Notes: generated from the sequence alone by a model not told the origin. Positions 46,635 to 55,324 are shown, counted from the stretch's first letter. The stretch is DNA of 55,503 nucleotides from an uncultured Gammaproteobacteria bacterium (GCA_964395625.1 CAYNAR010000008.1:1-55503), one strand, 5' to 3'. Made by a program: numbers and translations.

Positions 46635-47420
46635 ATGAAGATAGGAAAAAGAAATTTCGATCCATCCGTTATTTTCGACAGAAGGCATTATTTGTCTTTG
46701 GTGAATATGTTCCTGCTTTGTCATCGGCCAGTCGATTTCTTTTCCAGATATTTTTTAGCTAGAGGCGAATATCCTGCCGTCACCAATTTAAGGACGCCAC
46801 AAGGCGTCGTGTCGCCGAAGATGTATTGTTATGACGATAGTTTGACGGTCAATGAGATTTTTTTTCGCAAGGATTATAAGACTGGTAAAAAAATAAAAGT
46901 TTTCGTCGATATCGGCGCCAATATAGGAATATCGTCTTTGTATTTTTTGACTCGAAATAATCTTTGTCGCGGCTATCTATATGAACCGGTTCCGGAGAAT
47001 TTACTCAAGCTGAATGATAATCTAAAAGGCTTGCTTGGCAGGGTGAATATTTTCAAGCAAGCGGTCTATACTTCCGGCGGTAAGGTCAAGTTCGGCGTCG
47101 AGAGTACCGGCAGGCTTGGCGGCATCAATAGGGAAATGAGCGATTATATAGAGGTTGATTGTGTTCATGTCAATGATGTTTTGGATGATGTCTTGAAAAA
47201 AGAATCGTTCATAGATGTCTTAAAGATAGATATAGAGGGCGACGAGATAAAAGTCGTTAAGGCTATCGATAAGAGATTCTATGACAAGATTGGTGTTGTC
47301 TATTTCGACATTGATCACACGCTGACTATAGAAAAGGGCGCTAGATTCTTCGATGATAATTTCATCGAGAGTCGGTATGGCAATACGTATATTATAAAAA
47401 ATAAGAAGTATCGCATATAA
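46635..47420 (+). CDS. FkbM-family SAM-dependent methyltransferase
   Basis: FVDIGANIG, YEPVPEN and LKIDIEGDE. The start is placed at ATG 46635. Confidence 0.85.
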   Translation: MKIGKRNFDPSVIFDRRHYLSLVNMFLLCHRPVDFFSRYFLARGEYPAVTNLRTPQGVVSPKMYCYDDSLTVNEIFFRKDYKTGKKIKVFVDIGANIGISSLYFLTRNNLCRGYLYEPVPENLLKLNDNLKGLLGRVNIFKQAVYTSGGKVKFGVESTGRLGGINREMSDYIEVDCVHVNDVLDDVLKKESFIDVLKIDIEGDEIKVVKAIDKRFYDKIGVVYFDIDHTLTIEKGARFFDDNFIESRYGNTYIIKNKKYRI

Positions 47421-47425
47421 GTCCT

Positions 47426-48184
47426 ATGATTTTCAAGAAAAAAACAAAAATAAAAAAAGATCTTCCGCAACCATTCTCCAAGAATATTATATTTTATGAT
47501 TCGGAATTCTCTTCCTTGAATCCTGAAAAGGGGAATCTTCTGTCCATTGGGATGGTGAAGATGAATGGCGACGAATTGTATTTTGAATTGGAATACGACG
47601 GCGAGGTCGATCCTTGGGTCAAAGAAAATGTCGTACCGCATCTAAAAGGTGAGAAGATTTCGAAAGAAGAGGCTTTGAAGAGGATGAAGAAATTCGCCGG
47701 ATCCAAGACGCCGTTTTTGCTTTCTTACGTAGATAATTACGACGCCGTCTATTTAAAGAAGATAATCGGTCATGACAAGAGGAATATCTTTCATTGGATG
47801 TCGGTCGATATTTCGTCTATGTTTTTCGCCTTGGGTCGCAACCCTGAAGATTTCGGCGATGCCGACAAGAATGGCGAGTTTAAGAGATTGGGTATAGATT
47901 TCAAAAAGTATCGCGAGCATCACGCCTTGGATGACGCTAAGCTTTTGCGAGAGTATTATATTAAAATTTTTAAATTAGGCGTTTATGAACACTATAAAGG
48001 TAAAAGGTATCAGGTTTTGGGCGTGGCTAAACATAGTGAAACATTGGAGGGTTTGGTTGTCTATAAAAAGTTGTACGATGATGGCGGGCTTTGGGTTCGC
48101 CCACTTTCAATGTTTGTCGAAAATGTGGAGGTTGATGGAGTGATTAAGCCAAGATTTAAATATCTTGAAGAGGATGAAGCTTAA
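47426..48184 (+). CDS. DEDDh 3'-5' exonuclease fused to a DUF1653 domain
   Basis: FYDSEF..YD..HHALDDA exonuclease motifs, followed by GVYEHYKG..Y.V..VAKHSET.E..VVY..LY...LWVRP..MF...RF. Confidence 0.8.
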   Translation: MIFKKKTKIKKDLPQPFSKNIIFYDSEFSSLNPEKGNLLSIGMVKMNGDELYFELEYDGEVDPWVKENVVPHLKGEKISKEEALKRMKKFAGSKTPFLLSYVDNYDAVYLKKIIGHDKRNIFHWMSVDISSMFFALGRNPEDFGDADKNGEFKRLGIDFKKYREHHALDDAKLLREYYIKIFKLGVYEHYKGKRYQVLGVAKHSETLEGLVVYKKLYDDGGLWVRPLSMFVENVEVDGVIKPRFKYLEEDEA

Positions 48185-48209
48185 TTATTAATTTTAAATC
48201 TATTATAGT

Positions 48210-48611
48210 ATGTCTAAAATAATTATCGCTTCTGGGCCGGTTATCGTCGATAAAGGCAAGGTCCTTCTTAATAAGCATGGTGACGATAAATTTTGGAAAT
48301 TCTGCGGTGGTCGCGTCGAGGACTTCGATTTCGATTTGCAGGAGACGGCTAAGCGCGAGGCTAAGGAGGAGATGGGAATCGATATCGAAATAACCGACCC
48401 GGAACCATTCCTTTTTCACACTAGAAAAGAAAGAGACGGGCAGAGTATCGATGTTATTCTGGTTCACTATAATGCTAAGATTGTTGGCGAGATAAAACCT
48501 GGTGCGGATATCACGGAGTGGAAGTGGATACCGCTCAAGGATTTGGAGAAAGAGGATTTGGGCCCCAATATCGTGCCGGCCTTGGTGCATTTTTGGTATT
48601 TGGATAAATAA
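48210..48611 (+). CDS. NUDIX hydrolase
   Basis: WKFCGGRVE...QETAKREAKEEMG. Confidence 0.85.
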   Translation: MSKIIIASGPVIVDKGKVLLNKHGDDKFWKFCGGRVEDFDFDLQETAKREAKEEMGIDIEITDPEPFLFHTRKERDGQSIDVILVHYNAKIVGEIKPGADITEWKWIPLKDLEKEDLGPNIVPALVHFWYLDK

Positions 48612-48654
48612 TTGTTCTGCCACTTTTTTAAAAGAGTGGCGTAGATTGTTTTTG

Positions 48655-49059
48655 TGTCATACCGGCGAATGCCGGTATCCAGTTATGCAAGGAGGGAGAA
48701 AATATTTTGTTTATATTTTGGCTAGTAAAAAGAATGGAACTTTGTACATCGGAGTTACTAATAGTTTGTATCGCAGAATACATGAACATAAACAGGGGCT
48801 GGTTGAAGGTTTTACAAAAAAATACAATATTAAGGATTTAGTTTATTATGAAGTTTATGGAAATATTGGAGCGGCGATTTATAGAGAAAAATGCCTTAAG
48901 GAGTGGAAGAGGGAATGGAAAATAAATTTAATAGAAAAAGAAAATAGAGAGTGGGGGGATTTATTTGATACGTTGTTTTGAGGAATGTAGGCGCCGTGTC
49001 ATGTCAGTTTTGAATTTGTAGTTTTACGAAAATGGATCCCGGCCTTCGCCGGGATGACA
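48655..49059 (+). mobile_element. Putative GIY-YIG-encoding palindromic element bounded by 27-bp hairpin inverted repeats
   Basis: Left end TGTCATACCGGCGAATGCCGGTATCCA (48655-48681) and right end TGGATCCCGGCCTTCGCCGGGATGACA (49033-49059) are 24/27 inverted-identical. The interior is about 30% GC in sample rows. Confidence 0.65.
48685..48981 (+). CDS. Small stand-alone GIY-YIG nuclease (98 aa)
   Basis: YFVYILAS..NGTLYIGVTNSL.RRI.EHK..FTKKY..LVYYE..AI.REK.LK.WKR.WKI.LIE. Confidence 0.92.
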   Translation: MQGGRKYFVYILASKKNGTLYIGVTNSLYRRIHEHKQGLVEGFTKKYNIKDLVYYEVYGNIGAAIYREKCLKEWKREWKINLIEKENREWGDLFDTLF

Positions 49060-49084
49060 GTGTTAATAATAATTTTATAAAAAT

Positions 49085-50233
49085 ATGAATACCGCGGTTG
49101 TTAGTCTTTTTGGGATTCTAATCTTGGCAGGCCTTATTGCTGTTATTTTTTTGTTGATAAAAAAGAAGGATGGTAAAAATGAAGACAATGAAAAATTAGT
49201 GGCTCTCTTGGAGCGCGTCTCTTCGCTTTCTTTACAGAACGAGGAATTGCGCAAAGCCGTCGACTCTAAGCTTTCCGAGGCTTACAAGACGACGCAGGAT
49301 CAGTTCGGCAAGACGGCCGGCATGATGCAAGGCGTGACCGGACAGGCCAATAAATTGATGATGGAGATGCACTCTCAGTCGCAGAAGGTCATCGCCGAGG
49401 TCTCGGAGAAATTGGCCAAGCTGGACGAGACCAATAAGCAGGTGGTTAATTTTTCTTCGCAATTGCAGAACTTGCAGGATATCTTGCAGAATCCGAAACA
49501 GCGCGGTATCTTGGGTGAGTTCTTTTTGGAGGAGACCTTGAAGAATGTTTTGCCGCCAGGAACTTACGAGATGCAGTACAAGATGGGCAAGGACAAGACC
49601 GGCACCAGCGACATCATCGTCGATGCGGCGGTTTTCGTCAAAGACAAGATCATTCCGATCGATTCTAAATTCTCTTTGGAAAATTATCAGCGCATTTTGG
49701 AGACCAACGATCCGACCGAGCGCGAGAAATTGGAAAAGGATTTTAGACAGGACTTGAAGAATCGTATCGACGAGACTTCTAAATATATCAAGCCGGAGAT
49801 GGGCACGATGGATTTCGCTTTCATGTTCATTCCGTCCGAGGCGATATATTATGATTTGTTGATAAATAAAGTCGGTGCCGTGAAGACTAATACGCGCGCC
49901 CTGATCGAGTACGCCTTCCGCGACAAGAAGGTCATCATCGTTTCGCCAACCTCCTTCTTGGCCTATCTGCAGACCGTGTTGCAAGGCCTCAAGGCCATGA
50001 AGATAGAGGAGACGGCTAAAGAAATTCAAACCAACGTCGAAAAGCTCGGCCGGCATTTGATCGCCTATGACGAATATTTCAAGAAGCTCGGCAATTCGCT
50101 GTCCACAACCGTGAATCATTATAATTCTGCTTACAAGGAATTAAAGAAGATCGATAAGGATGTTGTGAAAATTACTGATGGCGAGACGGGTATTGAGGCT
50201 TTGGAATTGGAGAGACCGAAAGAAGAGGAATAA
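49085..50233 (+). CDS. rmuC: DNA recombination protein RmuC
   Basis: N-terminal TM segment, coiled coil, NPKQRGILGE, IPIDSKF, YIKP..T.DFAFMFIPSE and IVSPT. Confidence 0.92.
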   Translation: MNTAVVSLFGILILAGLIAVIFLLIKKKDGKNEDNEKLVALLERVSSLSLQNEELRKAVDSKLSEAYKTTQDQFGKTAGMMQGVTGQANKLMMEMHSQSQKVIAEVSEKLAKLDETNKQVVNFSSQLQNLQDILQNPKQRGILGEFFLEETLKNVLPPGTYEMQYKMGKDKTGTSDIIVDAAVFVKDKIIPIDSKFSLENYQRILETNDPTEREKLEKDFRQDLKNRIDETSKYIKPEMGTMDFAFMFIPSEAIYYDLLINKVGAVKTNTRALIEYAFRDKKVIIVSPTSFLAYLQTVLQGLKAMKIEETAKEIQTNVEKLGRHLIAYDEYFKKLGNSLSTTVNHYNSAYKELKKIDKDVVKITDGETGIEALELERPKEEE

Positions 50234-50239
50234 AATAAA

Positions 50240-50267
50240 AAACAATCTTCTTTGATGAAGATTGTTT
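50240..50267. terminator. Probable bidirectional terminator between convergent genes
   Basis: Perfect 11-bp stem AAACAATCTTC / GAAGATTGTTT. Confidence 0.7.
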
Positions 50268-50277
50268 GAGTGAATAA

Positions 50278-50505
50278 TTAACTTTCCGCATCTGGTTCTG
50301 TCGCCCGACTTTTCTCTTCTATTTTTTTAACAATATCCCTTCCCACTAAAAAAATAGAAAGCAAAATGATTCCCAAAAACATAAAAATTGTTGAGACCAT
50401 TGCATAAAATGCCCCCATTGCTTCGTTTTTACTGATTTGGCCAGTAAATGAAAAGCCTAAGAACAGAATGCCACAAACTATTGATGCCCAGAATGTGAAT
50501 TTCAC
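50278..50505 (-). CDS. Small two-TM hypothetical protein
   Basis: 75 aa with two hydrophobic helices; upstream AAAAAGGAG SD-like sequence on the minus strand; AT-rich. Confidence 0.6.
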   Translation of the reverse strand: MKFTFWASIVCGILFLGFSFTGQISKNEAMGAFYAMVSTIFMFLGIILLSIFLVGRDIVKKIEEKSRATEPDAES

Positions 50506-50575
50506 ATAGACTCCTTTTTTGAAAATGAACGGATTTTTATATTTTAAAATATATCATATTTTTTAGTTTTTGTCA

Positions 50576-51559
50576 ATGATTGGGCAAGAATATTTTATAA
50601 AAACTCTCGCTTTTCTGGATATTTTTGATTATCCTCCCACTGCCATGGAAATTTGGCGGTTTTTGGGCGTGAAGGCGGAATTAGGGACAATAATGGAAAG
50701 ATTATTACCAGTGTGTCATACCGGCGAAAGCCGGTATCCAGGTTTAGGGGCTAGTGCTAAGCAAGTGGATCCCGGCCTTCGCCGGGATGACACTGGGGGC
50801 GGTGTTCTAAAAATGATGAATAAAAACGGGTTTTATTTTTTGCCTGGTCGTAAGGAACTGGTCGAAAAAAGAAGGGAATTTTTTCGATTGTCGGAAAGGA
50901 AATTTAAGGTCGCACGCAAGGCTGCAAAAATATTAAGGTTTATCCCGGGATTAAAGATGGCGGCGGTCTGCAATAATTTTTATTACCACGAAGAGTCGGA
51001 TATAGATTTTTTCATCACGACCGACAAGAATCGTCTTTGGACAGTCCGTTTTTGGGCGACCACACTTTTGGATATTTTCCGTTTGCGTGCTCGCGGGAAA
51101 AGGAGAGCCGACAGGATTTGTTTGAGTTTCTATGCTACCTGCGATTGTAATTTGGAAAAAGTGCTTTTGCCTGGTGGCGACCCCTATTTTTATTATTGGT
51201 CGGTCTTTTTTGATCCGGTCTATGACGATGGCGGTGTCGATGCTTTTTGGCAGGCGAACGGTTGGATAAAAAGACATTTTCCAAACTTTTATCCGAATAT
51301 CGGCAATAGGTCGAAAATGGTCGATGACAACTTCCTGTCCTCGGCAGTTAAAAAATCCTTCGGTGTTTTTGTGAATTCTCGGCTAGGTGACTACTTAGAG
51401 AAATTTTTCAAATCTCTGCAGTTTAAAAAAGTGTCCCGTCGTTTTTCCGGTCCGGGAGTAGTGATTTCCGAAGAGATGATAAAAATGCACGAGAATGATC
51501 GACGAGAATATTTTAGAAGCGAATTTGAAAAGAGGTGTGAAAAAATCATTAGTGATTAA
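50576..51559 (+). CDS. Hypothetical protein with a nucleotidyltransferase-like (SDID) motif, carrying an in-frame palindromic insertion
   Basis: FDYPPT..EIW N-terminal part, EESDIDFFITT..RLWTVR and DRICLSF. The insertion encodes about aa 47-73. Confidence 0.75.
   Translation: MIGQEYFIKTLAFLDIFDYPPTAMEIWRFLGVKAELGTIMERLLPVCHTGESRYPGLGASAKQVDPGLRRDDTGGGVLKMMNKNGFYFLPGRKELVEKRREFFRLSERKFKVARKAAKILRFIPGLKMAAVCNNFYYHEESDIDFFITTDKNRLWTVRFWATTLLDIFRLRARGKRRADRICLSFYATCDCNLEKVLLPGGDPYFYYWSVFFDPVYDDGGVDAFWQANGWIKRHFPNFYPNIGNRSKMVDDNFLSSAVKKSFGVFVNSRLGDYLEKFFKSLQFKKVSRRFSGPGVVISEEMIKMHENDRREYFRSEFEKRCEKIISD
50713..50793. repeat. Miniature (non-autonomous) copy of the GIY-YIG element ends, in frame within a CDS
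   Basis: Left end matches 48654-48682 at 28/29. Right end (50766-50792) matches 49033-49059 at 27/27. The spacer is 25 bp. Confidence 0.85.
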
Positions 51560-51628
51560 ACTGTCCGTATTTTATAAAATGCGGATTTTTTATTGTTTCC
51601 AAGATATTTTTAGTGTATAATTCAAGAT

Positions 51629-53005
51629 ATGAAAATGCTTAAATTGGAGAAAATAATCGAATACGGTTTCTATCTTTTTGTCTTCCTTTTGCCTTGGCAG
51701 ACGCATTTGGTCTTGCGTGAAGGTGCTTGGCATGGCAACTTCGGCGGTTCTTGGCCGGTGGACTATTGGCGCATCGCCTTGTACGGCATCGATATTCTTT
51801 TAGTCTCTTTGTTAGCTTTGTTGGTTGTGTTTCGATTTAAAAATAAGACGGAGAGCACCGGGAAGATAGACTGGCCATGGTTGTTCCTGTGCGTCTTCGA
51901 CATCGGTCTTTTCGTCTCCATCTTCTTCGCTCCGGACAAGACCCTAGCGGTCTATAAGTATGTCGTTTTTTTGCTGGGGGTGGGTTTGTTCTGGATGTCT
52001 TCGCTGAAAATAATCCAACGCACGCGCGCACTTATGGCTTTGTGGATGGCGGCGATTCTACAGTCTTTCCTGGCCTTGTGGCAATTCTTGTCGCAAAACG
52101 CCTTCGCTTCCAAATGGCTAGGAATGGCCGCGCATAACGGCGGACAGCCCGGGGCTTCGGTCGTGGAGTTCGTGAACGCCGATGGCAAGATCGAACGCTG
52201 GCTGAGGGCTTATGGATCTTTCGATCATCCTAATGTGCTTGGTGGTTTCTTGGCTGTCTCGTTGTTGTTTTTATTGGCCGACGTTTTGAAATACAAAAGA
52301 TGGAAAGGAAAAGTCAGTGACTGGGGTTTTGTTCTTCGCATTTTTTCTTTGACAGTAATTTTTATCGGTCTTTTGCTGACTTTTTCTCGCTCCGCCTTTT
52401 TGGCTTTCGCTGTCGGCTCGCTGGTTGTGGCCATATCTTTTTTAAGAAGCGGTATTGCAGGGAGATTTTCCAGACTGGCTAAAATTTTCGTCTTAATGTC
52501 GCTGGTCTTCGGTATGATTTTTATTTCATATAAAGACCTTTTCTTGACTAGGACGTCGACAGAGCAACGTTTGGAGGCCAAGTCTATCGACGAGAGGTCG
52601 TTGTATTGGCAGGACGGAGTCAAGATAGCCAAAGACGAATGGTTGGTCGGCGCCGGCATCGGCAATTTCACTAAAGAATCGGAGTCGATGAATAAGGATA
52701 GAGTTTTTTGGCAGTGGCAACCGGTGCACAATGTCTTTTTGCTGGTCTTGGCGGAAGGTGGCGTCTTGTCTTTTTCGGGATTCATTTGGTTTTGGCTTTT
52801 TATTCTTTATCTTAATTTTAGAAAAAATAATTTTATTAACTTGTCGGTTTGGCTCTCTCTTAGTATAATGATGTTAGTAGACCATTATTATTGGTCGCTT
52901 CATGTCGGGCTACTGTTTTTATTTTTGATTTCGGGAATCGTTGCCGGTGAAGAAGAAAACAAAAAACAAATAGATGATAAAAGTTCCCAAAAAATTTCAA
53001 CTTGA
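51629..53005 (+). CDS. O-antigen ligase-like (Wzy_C) membrane protein
   Basis: Many TM segments; RAYGSFDHPNVLGG, LTFSRSA, GAGIGNF and VHNVFLL..AEGG. Confidence 0.85.
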   Translation: MKMLKLEKIIEYGFYLFVFLLPWQTHLVLREGAWHGNFGGSWPVDYWRIALYGIDILLVSLLALLVVFRFKNKTESTGKIDWPWLFLCVFDIGLFVSIFFAPDKTLAVYKYVVFLLGVGLFWMSSLKIIQRTRALMALWMAAILQSFLALWQFLSQNAFASKWLGMAAHNGGQPGASVVEFVNADGKIERWLRAYGSFDHPNVLGGFLAVSLLFLLADVLKYKRWKGKVSDWGFVLRIFSLTVIFIGLLLTFSRSAFLAFAVGSLVVAISFLRSGIAGRFSRLAKIFVLMSLVFGMIFISYKDLFLTRTSTEQRLEAKSIDERSLYWQDGVKIAKDEWLVGAGIGNFTKESESMNKDRVFWQWQPVHNVFLLVLAEGGVLSFSGFIWFWLFILYLNFRKNNFINLSVWLSLSIMMLVDHYYWSLHVGLLFLFLISGIVAGEEENKKQIDDKSSQKIST

Positions 53006-55073
53006 TTTGTCAGTTCCAGGTAAAAGAAGATTGGATGATGATGCCGAAGAGGAATTGGATGATGACGAGGAGGACGTCGACGACGAAGCCTCTTTTTCGA
53101 GCAGGGTGGAGTCTCCGGCCGTTTCTTTTCGCGAGCGCCTAGCTAAAAGGATGGGCACCGAAGAGGAAACGCCTCGCTCGATCAAGAGAAGCATTATCGA
53201 AGACGACGAGGACATGGATGATTATGAGGCCCCGAAGGTCAAAAAGCGTCCTTCTTTTGTCATACCGAAAAAAGTAGGCCGTAAGTTGGATTTGCGTGCC
53301 GTCGGTTCTGTTCCACCACCAAGGGAGATTGAGGATAGAGAAGAGGATTTGCTCGACGAGTTCGATCCGGATGCCGCCAGAAAGAAGAGATTGGCTATGA
53401 TGAAGGAGATGGGTGTCGAGGAAGAGTCCGCTCCTATCAAGAAAAAAAGAGCTCGCAAAAGAAAAGCTACAACTTCCAACGATGTCGCGTCTGTTAGCGA
53501 TGCCAAGGAAGGTGCGCAGATACCTAGCAATCTACCCTTTGCCGATTCGGAAGATGTCGATATTCCTGTCAGTAGGAAAAAGCGCCAAGCCAAAAGAGAG
53601 GATGTCGTCGAAGGGCCTTTGAATCGCGACGTTGCGATAAAAATAGTCGAGCCATCCGATGAGGATATATCTTTGGATGAAAAGAAGGACGATGCCGAAA
53701 GCGATGAAGTTCGTCGTTCGCTCGAAGAAAAGATAAACGAGGAGGCTAAGCCGAAGAAGATAGAGAACGGTCTCAAAGTCAAAGTGTTCGGCAATGATTT
53801 GAGAGTTGTCTTCGCACCGATGGCCGGAACTAAGACGATTACCGCCTTAGTGATGTTCGGTACGGGATCCAAATACGAAAGCTTATCTCAGAACGGCGTT
53901 TCCCATTTCTTGGAACACATGTTCTTTAAGGGCACGAAGAATCGTCCGACCGCGCAGAAGTTGTCTTGCGAGTTGGACGCTTTGGGTTGCGAATACAACG
54001 CTTTCACTTCGAAGGAATATACCGGCTATTGGATAAAAGTCGATGCCGCCAAGCACGATCGCGCTTTGGACGTTCTTTCTGACATGCTCATTAATCCGAA
54101 ATTCGCCGATTCCGATATAGATAAAGAGCGTGGTGTCATTATAGAGGAGATTAACATGTATCACGAGAATCCGATGATGTATATAGAAGAGGTTTTCGAG
54201 AAATGCCTCTATGGAGAGACTCCGGCCGGGCGTGAGATATTAGGACCAAAGGAGAATATCAGGAATTTCGGTCGTCAGAATTTTGTGGATTATTTCTCCA
54301 CTCAATATGGTTCCAATTCGGCAGTCTTAGTCATATCCGGAGCTGTCGACGAGGGTGTCGAGGCGGCAGCGGCCAAGTATTTCGAGCCCATGATAAAGAG
54401 ACCATTCAAAGATAAATTAAGGACGCCGGAACACCAGGATGATAATCAGATCAGGGTGCATTTTCAGGATGGTCAGCAGGCCAATATGTCTTTGGGTGTG
54501 CGCGCTTACGATACTTATCACGAGGATAAGATAGTTTTGAAGTTGCTTTCGATTATTCTTGGTGGTTCGATGAGCTCCAGGATGTTCACCGAGGTACGCG
54601 AGAAAAGAGGTTTGGCCTATTATGTCCATACTCAGGCGGAGTTCTTTACCGATACCGGTTATCTGACTACGCAAGCCGGAGTGCCGGCGGCAAAGATAGG
54701 AGAGGCGATAGAGACCATAGTGGCCGAATACAAAAAGATCAGCGAGGAGCCGGTCAAAGAAGACGAACTCCAGAGGGCCAAGGATTTAGTGAAGGGGAGG
54801 ACTGTCATCGCTTTCGAGGAATCGGATGCCGTGGCCAACTGGTTCGGCCGTCAGGTTATAATGGACGAGGATATTAGAACCGTCGATCAATTCTTCACGG
54901 CGATAGATAAAGTCACCGCAGAGGATATAAGCAGGGTCGCGGCCGACATATTCAAGAGCAATGGTTTGAATCTGGCCGTGATCGGGCCTTACAAAGGCAG
55001 TGTCCAATTCGAGAAACATTTGGAATTCAAGAGTCGCAGCGTCATTCCGGGAATATTTGGTTTTTTTGCTTAA
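52974..55073 (+). CDS. M16 (pitrilysin-like) peptidase with a ~260-aa charged N-terminal extension
   Basis: GTGSKYE..NGVSHFLEHM.FKGT (HxxEH), NAFTSKEYTGY and SSRMFTEVREKRGLAY. Confidence 0.88.
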   Translation: MIKVPKKFQLDLSVPGKRRLDDDAEEELDDDEEDVDDEASFSSRVESPAVSFRERLAKRMGTEEETPRSIKRSIIEDDEDMDDYEAPKVKKRPSFVIPKKVGRKLDLRAVGSVPPPREIEDREEDLLDEFDPDAARKKRLAMMKEMGVEEESAPIKKKRARKRKATTSNDVASVSDAKEGAQIPSNLPFADSEDVDIPVSRKKRQAKREDVVEGPLNRDVAIKIVEPSDEDISLDEKKDDAESDEVRRSLEEKINEEAKPKKIENGLKVKVFGNDLRVVFAPMAGTKTITALVMFGTGSKYESLSQNGVSHFLEHMFFKGTKNRPTAQKLSCELDALGCEYNAFTSKEYTGYWIKVDAAKHDRALDVLSDMLINPKFADSDIDKERGVIIEEINMYHENPMMYIEEVFEKCLYGETPAGREILGPKENIRNFGRQNFVDYFSTQYGSNSAVLVISGAVDEGVEAAAAKYFEPMIKRPFKDKLRTPEHQDDNQIRVHFQDGQQANMSLGVRAYDTYHEDKIVLKLLSIILGGSMSSRMFTEVREKRGLAYYVHTQAEFFTDTGYLTTQAGVPAAKIGEAIETIVAEYKKISEEPVKEDELQRAKDLVKGRTVIAFEESDAVANWFGRQVIMDEDIRTVDQFFTAIDKVTAEDISRVAADIFKSNGLNLAVIGPYKGSVQFEKHLEFKSRSVIPGIFGFFA

Positions 55074-55147
55074 AATAAACAAGTTTGATTTTTTATCCCC
55101 GACAGTTACGTGGAAATTTGTGTTTTATTAAGACAAATTTAGCGATA

Positions 55148-55176
55148 TTGCTTTTTTTTCGTTTTATTGGTATATT
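55148..55176 (+). promoter_or_regulatory. Putative promoter of the tRNA cluster
   Basis: TTGCTT-N17-TATATT with TGn. Confidence 0.6.
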
Positions 55177-55232
55177 GTTTTTAAGCTTTATGGGGGCTTT
55201 TTTTGTTAGCCCATAAGACCATAAGGCGTCAA

Positions 55233-55309
55233 GGGCAATTAGCTCAGTTGGTTAGAGCGCGTCACTGATAATGACGAGGTCAGAGGTTCGAATCCTCTAT
55301 TGCCCACCA
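55233..55309 (+). tRNA. tRNA-Ile(GAT)
   Basis: Full cloverleaf; anticodon arm CGTCA-CTGATAA-TGACG; encoded CCA. Confidence 0.97.
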
Positions 55310-55324
55310 ACGTTTAAAAAGTGT

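Noticed and set aside
48502-48684. N-terminal extension of the GIY-YIG ORF
   Set aside because: Overlaps the NUDIX gene in another frame and crosses a hairpin and the left repeat; ATG 48685 gives a typical-length domain.
48655-49059. Group I intron homing endonuclease, or IS/RAYT element
   Set aside because: The element is intergenic with no intron context, and there is no HUH or DDE transposase motif.
49232-50119. 295-aa minus-strand ORF
   Set aside because: Antisense to rmuC with no motifs. The same applies to the many other 60-220 aa antisense ORFs.
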